This document shows, piece by piece, positions 9,208 to 18,411 of a DNA stretch of 64,000 nucleotides (position 1 is its first letter; the number at the start of each line of letters is the position of its first letter). This DNA comes from Candidatus Babeliales bacterium (GTDB lineage Bacteria > Babelota > Babeliae > Babelales > JACPOV01). A model generated the notes under the pieces. The model made no database searches and was not told the DNA's origin. It saw only the letters and a list, made by a program, of their open reading frames with translations. Made by a program: the position numbers and the translations under genes. The DNA is taken from contig JBFWNW010000003.1 in the NCBI GenBank assembly GCA_050250855.1, positions 44,316 to 108,315 on the forward strand. The letters are read 5' to 3'.

Positions 9208-9978
9208 TCAGAGAAATAATGCAACCAGAACAAGCGCTGCCGTATACCAAGCAAAAAGCCACAACCTTTCTGCTCGAGCAATTTTTTCAACATAATAAAA
9301 ACAAAAATAGGCAACACTACTCCCTATTAGCATAATAAACAGGAACGGTAAGTTCAATAAAACAGTTCCTTGAAGCTGATAAACCTTATAAACTCCTAAT
9401 AAAAATGCTGCACAATTTATGGGCCATGATATTAAAAATGAAAGCTCAAATGCTCTTTGTGCAGAAAACCCTAACCAACGTGCAGCAACAAAGGTACTAC
9501 CAAAACGTGAAATGCCGGGAAGCAGCGCCAATCCTTGTACAAGCCCAAGAAGCCATGCATTATAAATAGAATAGGAAACCGCCTTCTTTTTTTGAGGTAC
9601 AAAGCGTAAAGAAAAAAGCAAACAGGTTGTTATAAAGAATCCGTATGGCAAAAACTGTTTGGGTATAAGTAAGGTATCAAACAACAGCCAAAAGAAAACC
9701 GTTATCAACTCCGTAATAAACCCTGCAATACAAAGCTTAATAACGGTAGGCCATGTTCTGCGTATATGCCGCGCTATAAAAAACCAACGAGGGAAAAAGT
9801 ATACTGCTAGCGTAAGCGCTATAGCCCCATGGGAAAGATAATCAATAACGGTAAGCATTGTTTTTGAAAAGGTGTAACCGTACCTACTTAAAAACTCTGT
9901 CAGCAATATTATATTACCCGAGCTACTGATGGGAAAACATTCAAGAATAATGGAGAGGAATAAAAGTAATAAAAGCAT
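9208..9978 (-). CDS. uppP: undecaprenyl-diphosphatase UppP (BacA), divergent
   Basis: Polytopic membrane protein. Motif 1 reads ECFPISSSGN (canonical E-F-LP-x-SS-x-GH) and motif 2 reads LLPGISRFGSTF (canonical PGxSRSGxT). Confidence 0.75.
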   Translation of the reverse strand: MLLLLLFLSIILECFPISSSGNIILLTEFLSRYGYTFSKTMLTVIDYLSHGAIALTLAVYFFPRWFFIARHIRRTWPTVIKLCIAGFITELITVFFWLLFDTLLIPKQFLPYGFFITTCLLFSLRFVPQKKKAVSYSIYNAWLLGLVQGLALLPGISRFGSTFVAARWLGFSAQRAFELSFLISWPINCAAFLLGVYKVYQLQGTVLLNLPFLFIMLIGSSVAYFCFYYVEKIARAERLWLFAWYTAALVLVALFL

Positions 9979-9986
9979 GTATAGCC

Positions 9987-10529
9987 TTACCTATTTATAT
10001 TAGCAGCAATCCGTTCTTCAAGAATATCACACAACTCAAAAATTTTTTTCTTAGATAAAAAGGGAGAAGGTATTCTAATTTTTTTTATGCTGCCATCATA
10101 GTCAGAATGCTCAATTATTAACGTATACGTACCCTGCACTTTAGCAATCTCCATACCTTTAATATGCGTTAAGGGAAGGCGTATTCTTTTTTTCAGAAAA
10201 AAGCGACCGCTTGAAAACAGTCGAAAATAAGGATATTCAATATGCGTTGAGGTAACCGTAATTTTTTCCCTATAGAACATAACGCATACTATAAAAATAA
10301 TTAAAAACGCTAGCAAAAGAATTATGCCCAAGGATATCAGAAAAATCGTATGCCCTCGTACCGAAAGCATAATGGTTGGCAACCCTCTTATAAAAACTAT
10401 CTCAAGGGCTCTTGTATTACTATAAGCCTCATAAAAGGAAAATACTCCTAAAAAAGCACAAAATAGGCAAGCAAAAAGAAACCAGCCAATTTTATAGGTA
10501 AAAGTCACGGTATTATTATCTTTATTCAT
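9987..10529 (-). CDS. hypothetical membrane protein (2 TM plus small C-terminal beta-rich domain)
   Basis: There are two clear hydrophobic helices. The ATG at 10529 is preferred over the TTG at 10550. No motif recognised. Confidence 0.5.
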   Translation of the reverse strand: MNKDNNTVTFTYKIGWFLFACLFCAFLGVFSFYEAYSNTRALEIVFIRGLPTIMLSVRGHTIFLISLGIILLLAFLIIFIVCVMFYREKITVTSTHIEYPYFRLFSSGRFFLKKRIRLPLTHIKGMEIAKVQGTYTLIIEHSDYDGSIKKIRIPSPFLSKKKIFELCDILEERIAANINR

Positions 10530-10738
10530 GCTAGAAACCTTGCAAAACAAGCAATGTAAGCTGATTATTCATTTTTTTACCATATAGTATATACTTAATT
10601 ATATAAAAGATTAGGGTAAAAGTTTCTTTTTTAATGAAAGATTTAGCATATTAAATATATTTTTATTTCTATTAGAGATAAAGCCTTATTTAGGTATCTA
10701 TATATCAAGAAAAAAATAAATACTGAGGACACTTTTTT

Positions 10739-11638
10739 ATGAAAAAACATGCGAATACATCTTTTACCCATTGCCTCATAATAACCCTTAAGCCATTCCT
10801 TTACCTATTCGAGTTCATACTCACCATCGCAACACGAATAAAAGTAGAAATTTTATTACTTCTGGGTACTAATGCGACAAGAAAAAATCAAGAATTTATT
10901 AATGCAGCAAAATATAACCATGTCGCCATCTTGAAAAGATTACGTGCCCATGGTGTTGATAGTAATACCAGCAATAAAGATGGCAACACGGCGTTAATAA
11001 TTGCCGCTGCTTATGGGCACATAAAAACTATAGAATTTCTTATAAACAATGGCGCTGAGGTAAACCAGGTCAATAACTATGGACGCTCCGCATTAATACT
11101 TGCAGCTTTTAATAACCATAAGGAGTGTGCTCAACGTTTATTACAAGCACATGCTTCTCTTGCTACCGCTGATAATGACGGCAACACTGCATTAATGGCT
11201 GCTGCGGCTAATGGATGCAAAAACGCTACAGAACTACTCATACAGCATGGCGCCAATATCAATACTACCAATAAGTTTGGGTATACGGCTCTCATTTTTG
11301 CTGCTGCACAAGGTGATAAAGAAAGTGTACAGATGTTGCTTGAACATGGCGCTCAGGTAAATGCCACCACCAAGCATGGCTATACTGCTTTAATGGATGC
11401 TGCTTATTGGGGTGATAAAGATATTGTTGCATTATTGCTCAAGCATGGCGCTAACGTTAATGCAATCAATACCAATTGCCACACCGCCTTAACGCTTGCT
11501 ACGCACCAAGGCCATGAAGAAATTGTTGCTATGCTTTTAAAGCATGGCGCAGATAGTTCTATAAAAAACAATACGAGCAAAACAGTAAAAGATTCAACAT
11601 CCCAGCTGTTAGAAGACAATTTTGAATATTCTGAGTAA
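10739..11638 (+). CDS. ankyrin-repeat protein
   Basis: About 7 consecutive 33-aa repeats of the type GNTALIIAAAYGHIKTIEFLINNGAEVN, with a hydrophobic N-terminal segment. Confidence 0.85.
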   Translation: MKKHANTSFTHCLIITLKPFLYLFEFILTIATRIKVEILLLLGTNATRKNQEFINAAKYNHVAILKRLRAHGVDSNTSNKDGNTALIIAAAYGHIKTIEFLINNGAEVNQVNNYGRSALILAAFNNHKECAQRLLQAHASLATADNDGNTALMAAAANGCKNATELLIQHGANINTTNKFGYTALIFAAAQGDKESVQMLLEHGAQVNATTKHGYTALMDAAYWGDKDIVALLLKHGANVNAINTNCHTALTLATHQGHEEIVAMLLKHGADSSIKNNTSKTVKDSTSQLLEDNFEYSE

Positions 11639-11646
11639 AGGTGCCC

Positions 11647-13029
11647 ATGGAAACAACTAAGCAATTATTTGAAGCGGTAGAAAAAAATGACACCAGAAAA
11701 GTAAAAGAGTTATTGAAAAAAAATGCCCACGTGAATGCAACCGATGAACATGGCGGCACAGCATTAATGGCTGCAGCTGGAAAAGGATATACGAGCATTG
11801 TAAAAACTCTTTTGTCGCATGGCGCTCAGGTTAATACACACGGTGTTTTTGGTCTCACTGCTTTAATGTTAGCTTCTGCCAAAGGTGCTAAAAAAACAGT
11901 AGAACTTTTAATTAATCATGGTGCTGATGTTAATAGTTCTGCTGATTGTGGAGAAACAGCCTTAATGGAAGCCGCCGTAAGAGGAAAATATGCTGTTTGC
12001 ACCGTGCTTCTTGAACATAATGCTGACATAAATGCTCAAGATCACGAAGGTAATTCTGCTTTAATGAAAATAGCTCTTGAAAGTCATAAAGATTATATGC
12101 GCATCGTTCTTGATGCTCTGGATGATATTGATGATTGGAGTGAGGCTACTCGAAAAAAAATGAATATAATTCAGATATCTGACAATGAACGACACATACC
12201 TGAGGATGCAATAATCAAAGCACAAGCAAACCGTGCTGCTGCGCATAAAAAAATTGTAAAATTATTTTTAAAACATGGCGCCAATATAGCAATAAAAAAT
12301 AATGAAAAAGAAGAAGCTTTAGATCTTGCTCATGACAATGCTCTTAAAAAACTTCTTTTAGAAGCTACAAAGTCAGATACTCCCATAAAACAACTAGGAT
12401 ATTTTAAAGCGGCAGACCCAAATGACGAAAATGAGTTGATAGCTCATGATGCTGATGTTAATATCCCTTATGATGATTCTGATGGGTGGACTCGCTTGCT
12501 TGCCGCTGCCAGTGGGGGCACCAAAAACGAAGTAGAGTTTTTAATTAATCATGGTGCTGATGTTAATATGCCTAGTAATTTTGGCATTACACCGTTAATG
12601 GAAGCAGCTGTAAAAGGAAAATATGCTGTTTGCACCGTGCTTCTTGAACATAATGCTGACATAAATGCTAGAGATCGCAACGGTAATTCTGCTTTAATGA
12701 AAATAGCCCTTGAAAGTCAGAATTATTTTACGCGAATCATGCTTGATGCTCTGGATGATATTCGAGATTGGAGTGAGGCTACTCAAAAAAAAATGAATAT
12801 AGTTCAATCTAGCAATGAAAGCCTCATTCCTTGGGATGCAATGATCAAAGCGCAAGCTAACCGTGCTGCTGCGCATAAAAAAATTGTAAAATTATTTTTA
12901 AAACATGGCGCCGATATAGCAATAAAAAATAATGACGGTAAAACTGCTTTAGACCTTGCCCATGACAATGCTCTTAAAAAACTTCTTTTAGAAGCTCAAG
13001 CAAATAAAGGCTCTCATGAAAAACACTAA
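11647..13029 (+). CDS. ankyrin-repeat protein with internal ~150-aa duplication
   Basis: ANK repeats are present. The ATG at 11647 lies after AAGGTG (the track start at 11641 is a GTG). The two halves are nearly identical. Confidence 0.85.
   Translation: METTKQLFEAVEKNDTRKVKELLKKNAHVNATDEHGGTALMAAAGKGYTSIVKTLLSHGAQVNTHGVFGLTALMLASAKGAKKTVELLINHGADVNSSADCGETALMEAAVRGKYAVCTVLLEHNADINAQDHEGNSALMKIALESHKDYMRIVLDALDDIDDWSEATRKKMNIIQISDNERHIPEDAIIKAQANRAAAHKKIVKLFLKHGANIAIKNNEKEEALDLAHDNALKKLLLEATKSDTPIKQLGYFKAADPNDENELIAHDADVNIPYDDSDGWTRLLAAASGGTKNEVEFLINHGADVNMPSNFGITPLMEAAVKGKYAVCTVLLEHNADINARDRNGNSALMKIALESQNYFTRIMLDALDDIRDWSEATQKKMNIVQSSNESLIPWDAMIKAQANRAAAHKKIVKLFLKHGADIAIKNNDGKTALDLAHDNALKKLLLEAQANKGSHEKH
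11899..12996 (+). repeat. intragenic direct duplication: copy 1 at 11899-12366, copy 2 at 12532-12996, period 633 bp
   Basis: GTAGAACTTTTAATTAATCATGGTGCTGATGTTAAT... recurs as GTAGAGTTTTTAATTAATCATGGTGCTGATGTTAAT.... Both copies end in ...CATGACAATGCTCTTAAAAAACTTCTTTTAGAAGCT. The protein halves are roughly 80 percent identical by eye. Confidence 0.85.
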
Positions 13030-14797
13030 ACAATTATTTAAAGCACTAGAAGAACGTAATCTTGAAAAAGTAAAAGAATTAATAACACAGGGCGTTGATT
13101 TAGATCAGCGCGATAAAGAAGGCAATACGCCCTTAATACTTGCTTCATACTGGGGCAATAAAGAAATGGTAGAGCTTCTAATAACACATGGCAGCTCGGT
13201 CAATAGCACTAACCATTATGGCGATACTGCTTTAATGAAAGCTGCTGATCAAGACCAAGCCGATATTGTAAAAATTCTCCTAAAAAATGGTGCTACAGTA
13301 AATGTTGTTAATGAAGATAACAATACAGCTCTCATAAAAGCTGCATCATGGGCTCACAAAAAAGTTGTAGCATTATTATTAAAGCATGGCGCCGATATAA
13401 ATGCAGCTAATAAATATAATGAAACTGCTTTAATGTGTGCTAGTAAACGTGGAAATCAGGGCATTATAAATCTACTCCTAGAGCATGGAGCTCAACTTCA
13501 TGCAACCGATAAAGAAGGTCTTACACCTTTAATGCTGGCGCAAGGCAATAAAAAGGCTACAGAATTACTCTTAAAAAAAGGCGCTTCTAGTACAGGCTAT
13601 AAATTACTTGATGCGGTACGTGAAGGATATAAAGATATTGCAGAACAGCTTCTTAAAACTGGCGCATCTCCTAATCAAAAAAATAAAGATGGTAATCCTG
13701 CTTTAATAATTGCAACAAAACAAAATAATACAGAAATGGCAGCATTACTCTTAAAAAATGGCGCTACCATCAATGCTAAAGATGAAAATGGCACTACTGC
13801 CTTACTATTAGCAGTCCAACAAAATAATAAAGAACTTGTAGAGCTTCTTATAAAAAGTGGTGCCAATATAAATTTTGTAGATGAAAATAAAAATACTGCT
13901 TTAATGTATGCTGCACAGTATGATTATGCAACTATTGTAGAATTACTCATAAAAAATAAAGCTACCATAGATACTAAAGACCAAACTGGCCAAACAGCCT
14001 TAATGATTGCAGCAGCTAACGGCTCTCTACAAACTGTTACTTTATTACTACATCAGGATGCGTCTCTCGATGCTGATAATTATGGCAACACAGCCTTAAT
14101 GAAAGCAGCAAATGCAGGGCATCAAGCTATTGTAGCATTGCTCTTAAAAAATAATACTCACTTGGATAAAACTAATGAAGGTGACTGCTCTGCTTTACGC
14201 CATGCAGCCATTATGAACAATAAAAATATTGTAGAGTTATTGTTAAAAAGCGGCGCCACACTCCCTAAAACATTGATTGCTTCTTTATTTCATTCTTCAA
14301 ACATTTATAGTTTATTGAGCACAAAATATAATATTGATACTGCTTATATAACAGCAAAAGATACAAAGCTTATTAAAAAAGCTTACGAAGATAAAATTGC
14401 TCTTATTGAATTATTATTAAGCCATGGAGCGACCATAAATGCTCCTGACAATGAAGGCAACACTGCTCTCATAAATCTTATATGTTGGGTTTGGCCAGCT
14501 TCTTGGTGCCCTAAAGCTTATAAAGAACTGCTAGAATTCTTACTCAGAAATGGCGCCGATGTTAATGCTTCCAATAAAGATGGCACTACTGCTCTTTTAG
14601 AGGCTGCTTATAAAGGTGATGCTGATGCAGTGGCATTATTATTAAAACATGGTGCGAATGTACATACTACTGATGCATCTGGCAATACAGCTTTGATAAA
14701 TGTTCTGTATAATCCCGTAAAAAAAATTGTTGATTTACTTTTAAAACATGGTGCCGATATAACAATAAAAAATAAGGATTTTCATGAGAATGCCTAA
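13016..14797 (+). CDS. ankyrin-repeat protein, 593 aa
   Basis: More than 12 ANK repeats (GNTPLILASYWGNKEMVELLITHGSSVN and similar). It overlaps the upstream gene by 14 nt. Confidence 0.9.
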   Translation: MKNTKQLFKALEERNLEKVKELITQGVDLDQRDKEGNTPLILASYWGNKEMVELLITHGSSVNSTNHYGDTALMKAADQDQADIVKILLKNGATVNVVNEDNNTALIKAASWAHKKVVALLLKHGADINAANKYNETALMCASKRGNQGIINLLLEHGAQLHATDKEGLTPLMLAQGNKKATELLLKKGASSTGYKLLDAVREGYKDIAEQLLKTGASPNQKNKDGNPALIIATKQNNTEMAALLLKNGATINAKDENGTTALLLAVQQNNKELVELLIKSGANINFVDENKNTALMYAAQYDYATIVELLIKNKATIDTKDQTGQTALMIAAANGSLQTVTLLLHQDASLDADNYGNTALMKAANAGHQAIVALLLKNNTHLDKTNEGDCSALRHAAIMNNKNIVELLLKSGATLPKTLIASLFHSSNIYSLLSTKYNIDTAYITAKDTKLIKKAYEDKIALIELLLSHGATINAPDNEGNTALINLICWVWPASWCPKAYKELLEFLLRNGADVNASNKDGTTALLEAAYKGDADAVALLLKHGANVHTTDASGNTALINVLYNPVKKIVDLLLKHGADITIKNKDFHENA

Positions 14798-16499
14798 ACC
14801 ACTTTTTCAGGCGCTCTATAAAAATAATATTGAAAAAGTAAAAGAACTTATTGCTACTGGTGCCGATTGCAATGCAAAAGAGGATGGTCAAACAGCATTG
14901 ACGTTAGCAATCTTGCGAAATTCTCAAGAACTTGTGAACCTCTTATTGCAAGCTGGCGCTGATGTAAATTTAGCCAGAAAAGAAGACTTTTATACGCCAC
15001 TTATGGTTGCCGTAATCATGAAGAACAGTGATCTTGTAGCAACACTTCTTGCACATAAAGCTCAGGTTGATGTGCACAGTCCCGTTGATGGCATGACCCC
15101 GCTCAGATTGGCTATCAAGCGGGGCTTTAAAGATATTGCAGAGCTTTTGTTACATGCAAGCAATGATCTTGATAATCAACAAAAATATACTGCTCTATGC
15201 CTTGAGGCGCATCGCCACAACCGTCATGCTATGGTAGATTTGCTGAGTGCCAAAACAAATATTGACCCAACGCTCAAAGAAAAACTAAAAGAAAAACCTA
15301 CACAAGCCTTGTTTCAAGCAATAAAAGAAAATAATAAAGAAAAAGTGCAAGAAGCACTCTTACAAGGTGCTGATATAGAACACAGAAATGAAAAAGGTAA
15401 TACTCCGTTGCTAGAAGCCTATCACCATTATCAAGATACTATCATAAAACTTTTACTACAGCATGGAGCCGATACTCAGGAAATTAAAGAATCAATAGCC
15501 GTTTACTACACTAATATATTTGAATCATTTTGTTGCTATAGAGCTTTTAACCCCGTTGAAAATATAATAAAAGGATTAACAAGCTATGGCATTGACGCCA
15601 TAAATGAACCTGGTTGCGACAATGCCACCGTTCTTATGGAAGCATCAAATGCCGGTGAGACCAAATTGGTAAAACTTTTAATAGAACATGGCGCGCAGGT
15701 AAACCTTGTTGATAAGTATGGCAACACTGCTCTTATGAGGGCTGCAGATACCGGACACCTTGAAATTGTACAGTACTTACTCGAGCATGGCGCTGAAATA
15801 GATCACGTTGATGAATATGGTAATTCTGCACTACGAAAAGCAGCCAGAAACGGCCACACTCAGGTAGTAAAACTGCTTCTAGATCACGGCGCAGATATTA
15901 ACCAAAGAAATAGTTATGGTGGCACGCTTTTAATGGCTGCTTCCTATAGTGGCCATGCTGACATAGTCAAAATTTTGTTAGAACGTGGCGCAGATATACA
16001 TCTTACTGACAATGCTCATGAAACCGCTTTAGATAAAGCCGCACAACGCAAAAAAGTTGAGGTGATAAAAGTATTAGTAGAACATGGCGCACCGATAACA
16101 TCATCACTTTCTCTTGATGTGGCAACATTCTTCAAGAATATCAAGCGTGGCAACTTAGTAGAGATAGAATTAGCGTTATTCCTTAATAAAGACGCACACA
16201 TTAACGCTACTAATAATCAAGGAAATACTGCTTTACATATGACACTAGAGGCAGAAGGACATGCTGTGGTTATCAAGCTATTCCTTGATCATGGAGCTGA
16301 TATTAATCTCTGCAATAATGAAGGTTATTCAGTAATAATGCTTGCAGTGCAAAAACGCAGAAAAGATGTAGTAACACTTTTATTACAAGCTGGCGCTGAT
16401 CTCTCTTTACAAAGCAAAGAAGGAAAAACAGCCCTTGATTATGCACAGCATGAGGAAATAAAAGCAATGATCTTGCAAGCTCAAAAAAAATTAGGATAA
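14784..16499 (+). CDS. ankyrin-repeat protein, 571 aa
   Basis: ANK repeats (GNTALMRAADTGHLEIVQYLLEHGAEID and similar). AAGGA lies upstream of the ATG, and the gene overlaps its upstream neighbour by 14 nt. Confidence 0.9.
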   Translation: MRMPKPLFQALYKNNIEKVKELIATGADCNAKEDGQTALTLAILRNSQELVNLLLQAGADVNLARKEDFYTPLMVAVIMKNSDLVATLLAHKAQVDVHSPVDGMTPLRLAIKRGFKDIAELLLHASNDLDNQQKYTALCLEAHRHNRHAMVDLLSAKTNIDPTLKEKLKEKPTQALFQAIKENNKEKVQEALLQGADIEHRNEKGNTPLLEAYHHYQDTIIKLLLQHGADTQEIKESIAVYYTNIFESFCCYRAFNPVENIIKGLTSYGIDAINEPGCDNATVLMEASNAGETKLVKLLIEHGAQVNLVDKYGNTALMRAADTGHLEIVQYLLEHGAEIDHVDEYGNSALRKAARNGHTQVVKLLLDHGADINQRNSYGGTLLMAASYSGHADIVKILLERGADIHLTDNAHETALDKAAQRKKVEVIKVLVEHGAPITSSLSLDVATFFKNIKRGNLVEIELALFLNKDAHINATNNQGNTALHMTLEAEGHAVVIKLFLDHGADINLCNNEGYSVIMLAVQKRRKDVVTLLLQAGADLSLQSKEGKTALDYAQHEEIKAMILQAQKKLG

Positions 16500-16507
16500 C
16501 TTAACAC

Positions 16508-17164
16508 ATGGAAATAATCAGTGAATTATTTGATGCAATACTTACCAACAATATTGAAAAAGTAAAAGAATTATTACAAACCAAAAATAAATTATATGAA
16601 AATGAATTTTTGGATACCTATCTTGAAACACCTCTCATGCTGGCTTCCAGAAAAAAACATATAGAAGTTGTCAAACTACTTTTAGAGAATGGTGCCAATG
16701 CTGCAAATGAACATGGCAAAACCGCGTTAACAAATGCCATCTTCTGGGGACATAAAGAAATAGTAAAATTGTTATTAGAAAATGGTGCATTGATAGATGA
16801 TAATGACATGTTCGTACCAATAACACTCCAAGAAAAAGATGTTTTGGAGGTTTGTTTAAAAAATTGCACTACTCATGCTAAGAACAAAGCATTATGGTCA
16901 TCTGTACTATTAGACTATAAAGATGGCGCAGAGCTTTCTTTAAAGCATGGTGCAGATATAAATGCTCTACATGAAGATGTTAAAAATGGCGATACCCCTT
17001 TTATAGCTGCAGTCAGATGTCGACGCATAAATATTATAGAGTTATTAATTCAATATGGCGCTGATCAGTCAATAAAAAATAATAAAGGTAAAACAGCATT
17101 AGATCTTGCAAAAACTAAAAAAATAAAAAATATTCTTTTAAAACAAAAAGATGGTGACGCATGA
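16508..17164 (+). CDS. ankyrin-repeat protein, 218 aa
   Basis: ANK repeats (ETPLMLASRKKHIEVVKLLLENGANA and similar). Confidence 0.85.
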   Translation: MEIISELFDAILTNNIEKVKELLQTKNKLYENEFLDTYLETPLMLASRKKHIEVVKLLLENGANAANEHGKTALTNAIFWGHKEIVKLLLENGALIDDNDMFVPITLQEKDVLEVCLKNCTTHAKNKALWSSVLLDYKDGAELSLKHGADINALHEDVKNGDTPFIAAVRCRRINIIELLIQYGADQSIKNNKGKTALDLAKTKKIKNILLKQKDGDA

Positions 17165-18411
17165 CAACTATCAATGAACTATGCAAAGCCATACAAGAAA
17201 ATAATCTTGAAAAAGTAAAACAGTTGCTCGCTCAAGGAATTAATATTGACTTATACAGCGATAGTGAAGAAAATCCTATTTGGGTTGCAGTAGAAAATGG
17301 CTCCTTAAAGATAGTAAAGCTCCTTCTTGAAAATGCTCTTTTTGAAAATCACCTAAATAAACAAAAAATTGCTTTTAGTGCTTTGTGGCATGTAACTACC
17401 AAAGAACATTGCTCAATAATAAAATTTTTGCTAGAAGATACTGCTCTTGATCTAAAAAATCATCCCGATTATTACAGAAAACTTAACGATGCTCTTAAAT
17501 ATGCAGCTTCAGTTGATCGTTTTGATATTTTCAAACTTTTTATAGAATACCGAGCTCCTGTAACGGGAATAGATTCTAAGCTTATAAATAATTATATTTA
17601 TCGTAGTGGTATGCTGAATAACAAGTTCATCACCTTGGAACAAATAGTTAAGTATCATGTTGGCGTAAATCAAACCAATGAAAAAGGTATTACTCTTTTA
17701 ATGGCAGCAGCAGCCCATGGGCGTATTGCATTCATGAAAGAACTCTTAGAGCATTGCGCTGACGTTACTATGGTTGATAATCACAGCGACACTGCACTCA
17801 TTATTGCTGCTTTTCATGGCCAAGAAGAAGCGGTAAAACTTTTAATAGAACATGGTGCGCCGATAAACAGCGCTGACAATGAAGGCGATACCGCTCTCAT
17901 CCATGCTGCTCATGGAGGTCATAAAAAGATAGTAGAACTCCTTATTGCCAACGGGGCTCATACTAATCATGCCAATAGAGATGGCAATACTGCCCTTTTT
18001 TACGCTATAAAAATTGGGCATAAAAATATAGTAAAATTTCTCATTGCTCATGGTGCCGATGTAAACCAGGAAAATAAATTAGGAGCTACACCATTAATAC
18101 GGGCAGCTGTTGGCGGCCATTATCAAATAGTACAAATTCTTATTCAGAACAATGCGCAAATTAATGCTCAAATGGATGGTAATACTGCTTTAATGTTTGC
18201 ATCAATGCACAACAGAAAAAAAACTATACGTCTTTTGGGGGAAAATGATGCTTACATTCGTGCCTTTGAACGTAAATATGTTTTTTCGGACGCAAGAGCT
18301 ATAAGACACGAAACCGACGGTGACAAACTAAAAAAAATTTTCCTGCGCAGACGCTTTTCTACATTAAAATCAGTTTTTGATCGTAGTCATTATGCTAATT
18401 GGTTTTATTGA
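17161..18411 (+). CDS. ankyrin-repeat protein, 416 aa
   Basis: ATGA start/stop overlap with the upstream gene. The C-terminal half carries canonical ANK repeats (GDTALIHAAHGGHKKIVELLIANGAHTN). Confidence 0.85.
   Translation: MTTINELCKAIQENNLEKVKQLLAQGINIDLYSDSEENPIWVAVENGSLKIVKLLLENALFENHLNKQKIAFSALWHVTTKEHCSIIKFLLEDTALDLKNHPDYYRKLNDALKYAASVDRFDIFKLFIEYRAPVTGIDSKLINNYIYRSGMLNNKFITLEQIVKYHVGVNQTNEKGITLLMAAAAHGRIAFMKELLEHCADVTMVDNHSDTALIIAAFHGQEEAVKLLIEHGAPINSADNEGDTALIHAAHGGHKKIVELLIANGAHTNHANRDGNTALFYAIKIGHKNIVKFLIAHGADVNQENKLGATPLIRAAVGGHYQIVQILIQNNAQINAQMDGNTALMFASMHNRKKTIRLLGENDAYIRAFERKYVFSDARAIRHETDGDKLKKIFLRRRFSTLKSVFDRSHYANWFY

Noticed and set aside
11404-16201. Numerous 60-90-aa antisense ORFs lie inside ANK genes, for example 11404-11664, 11559-11798, 12061-12246, 12694-12876, 13675-13866 and 16016-16201. 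Similar ones occur elsewhere at 28291-28524, 28966-29259, 35333-35687 and 56639-57139.
   Set aside because: They lie entirely within much longer ORFs that carry clear ANK repeats. They have low-complexity, Ser/Cys/Phe-rich shadow-frame composition and no ribosome-binding sites. The paired ones simply mirror the sense-strand duplication.
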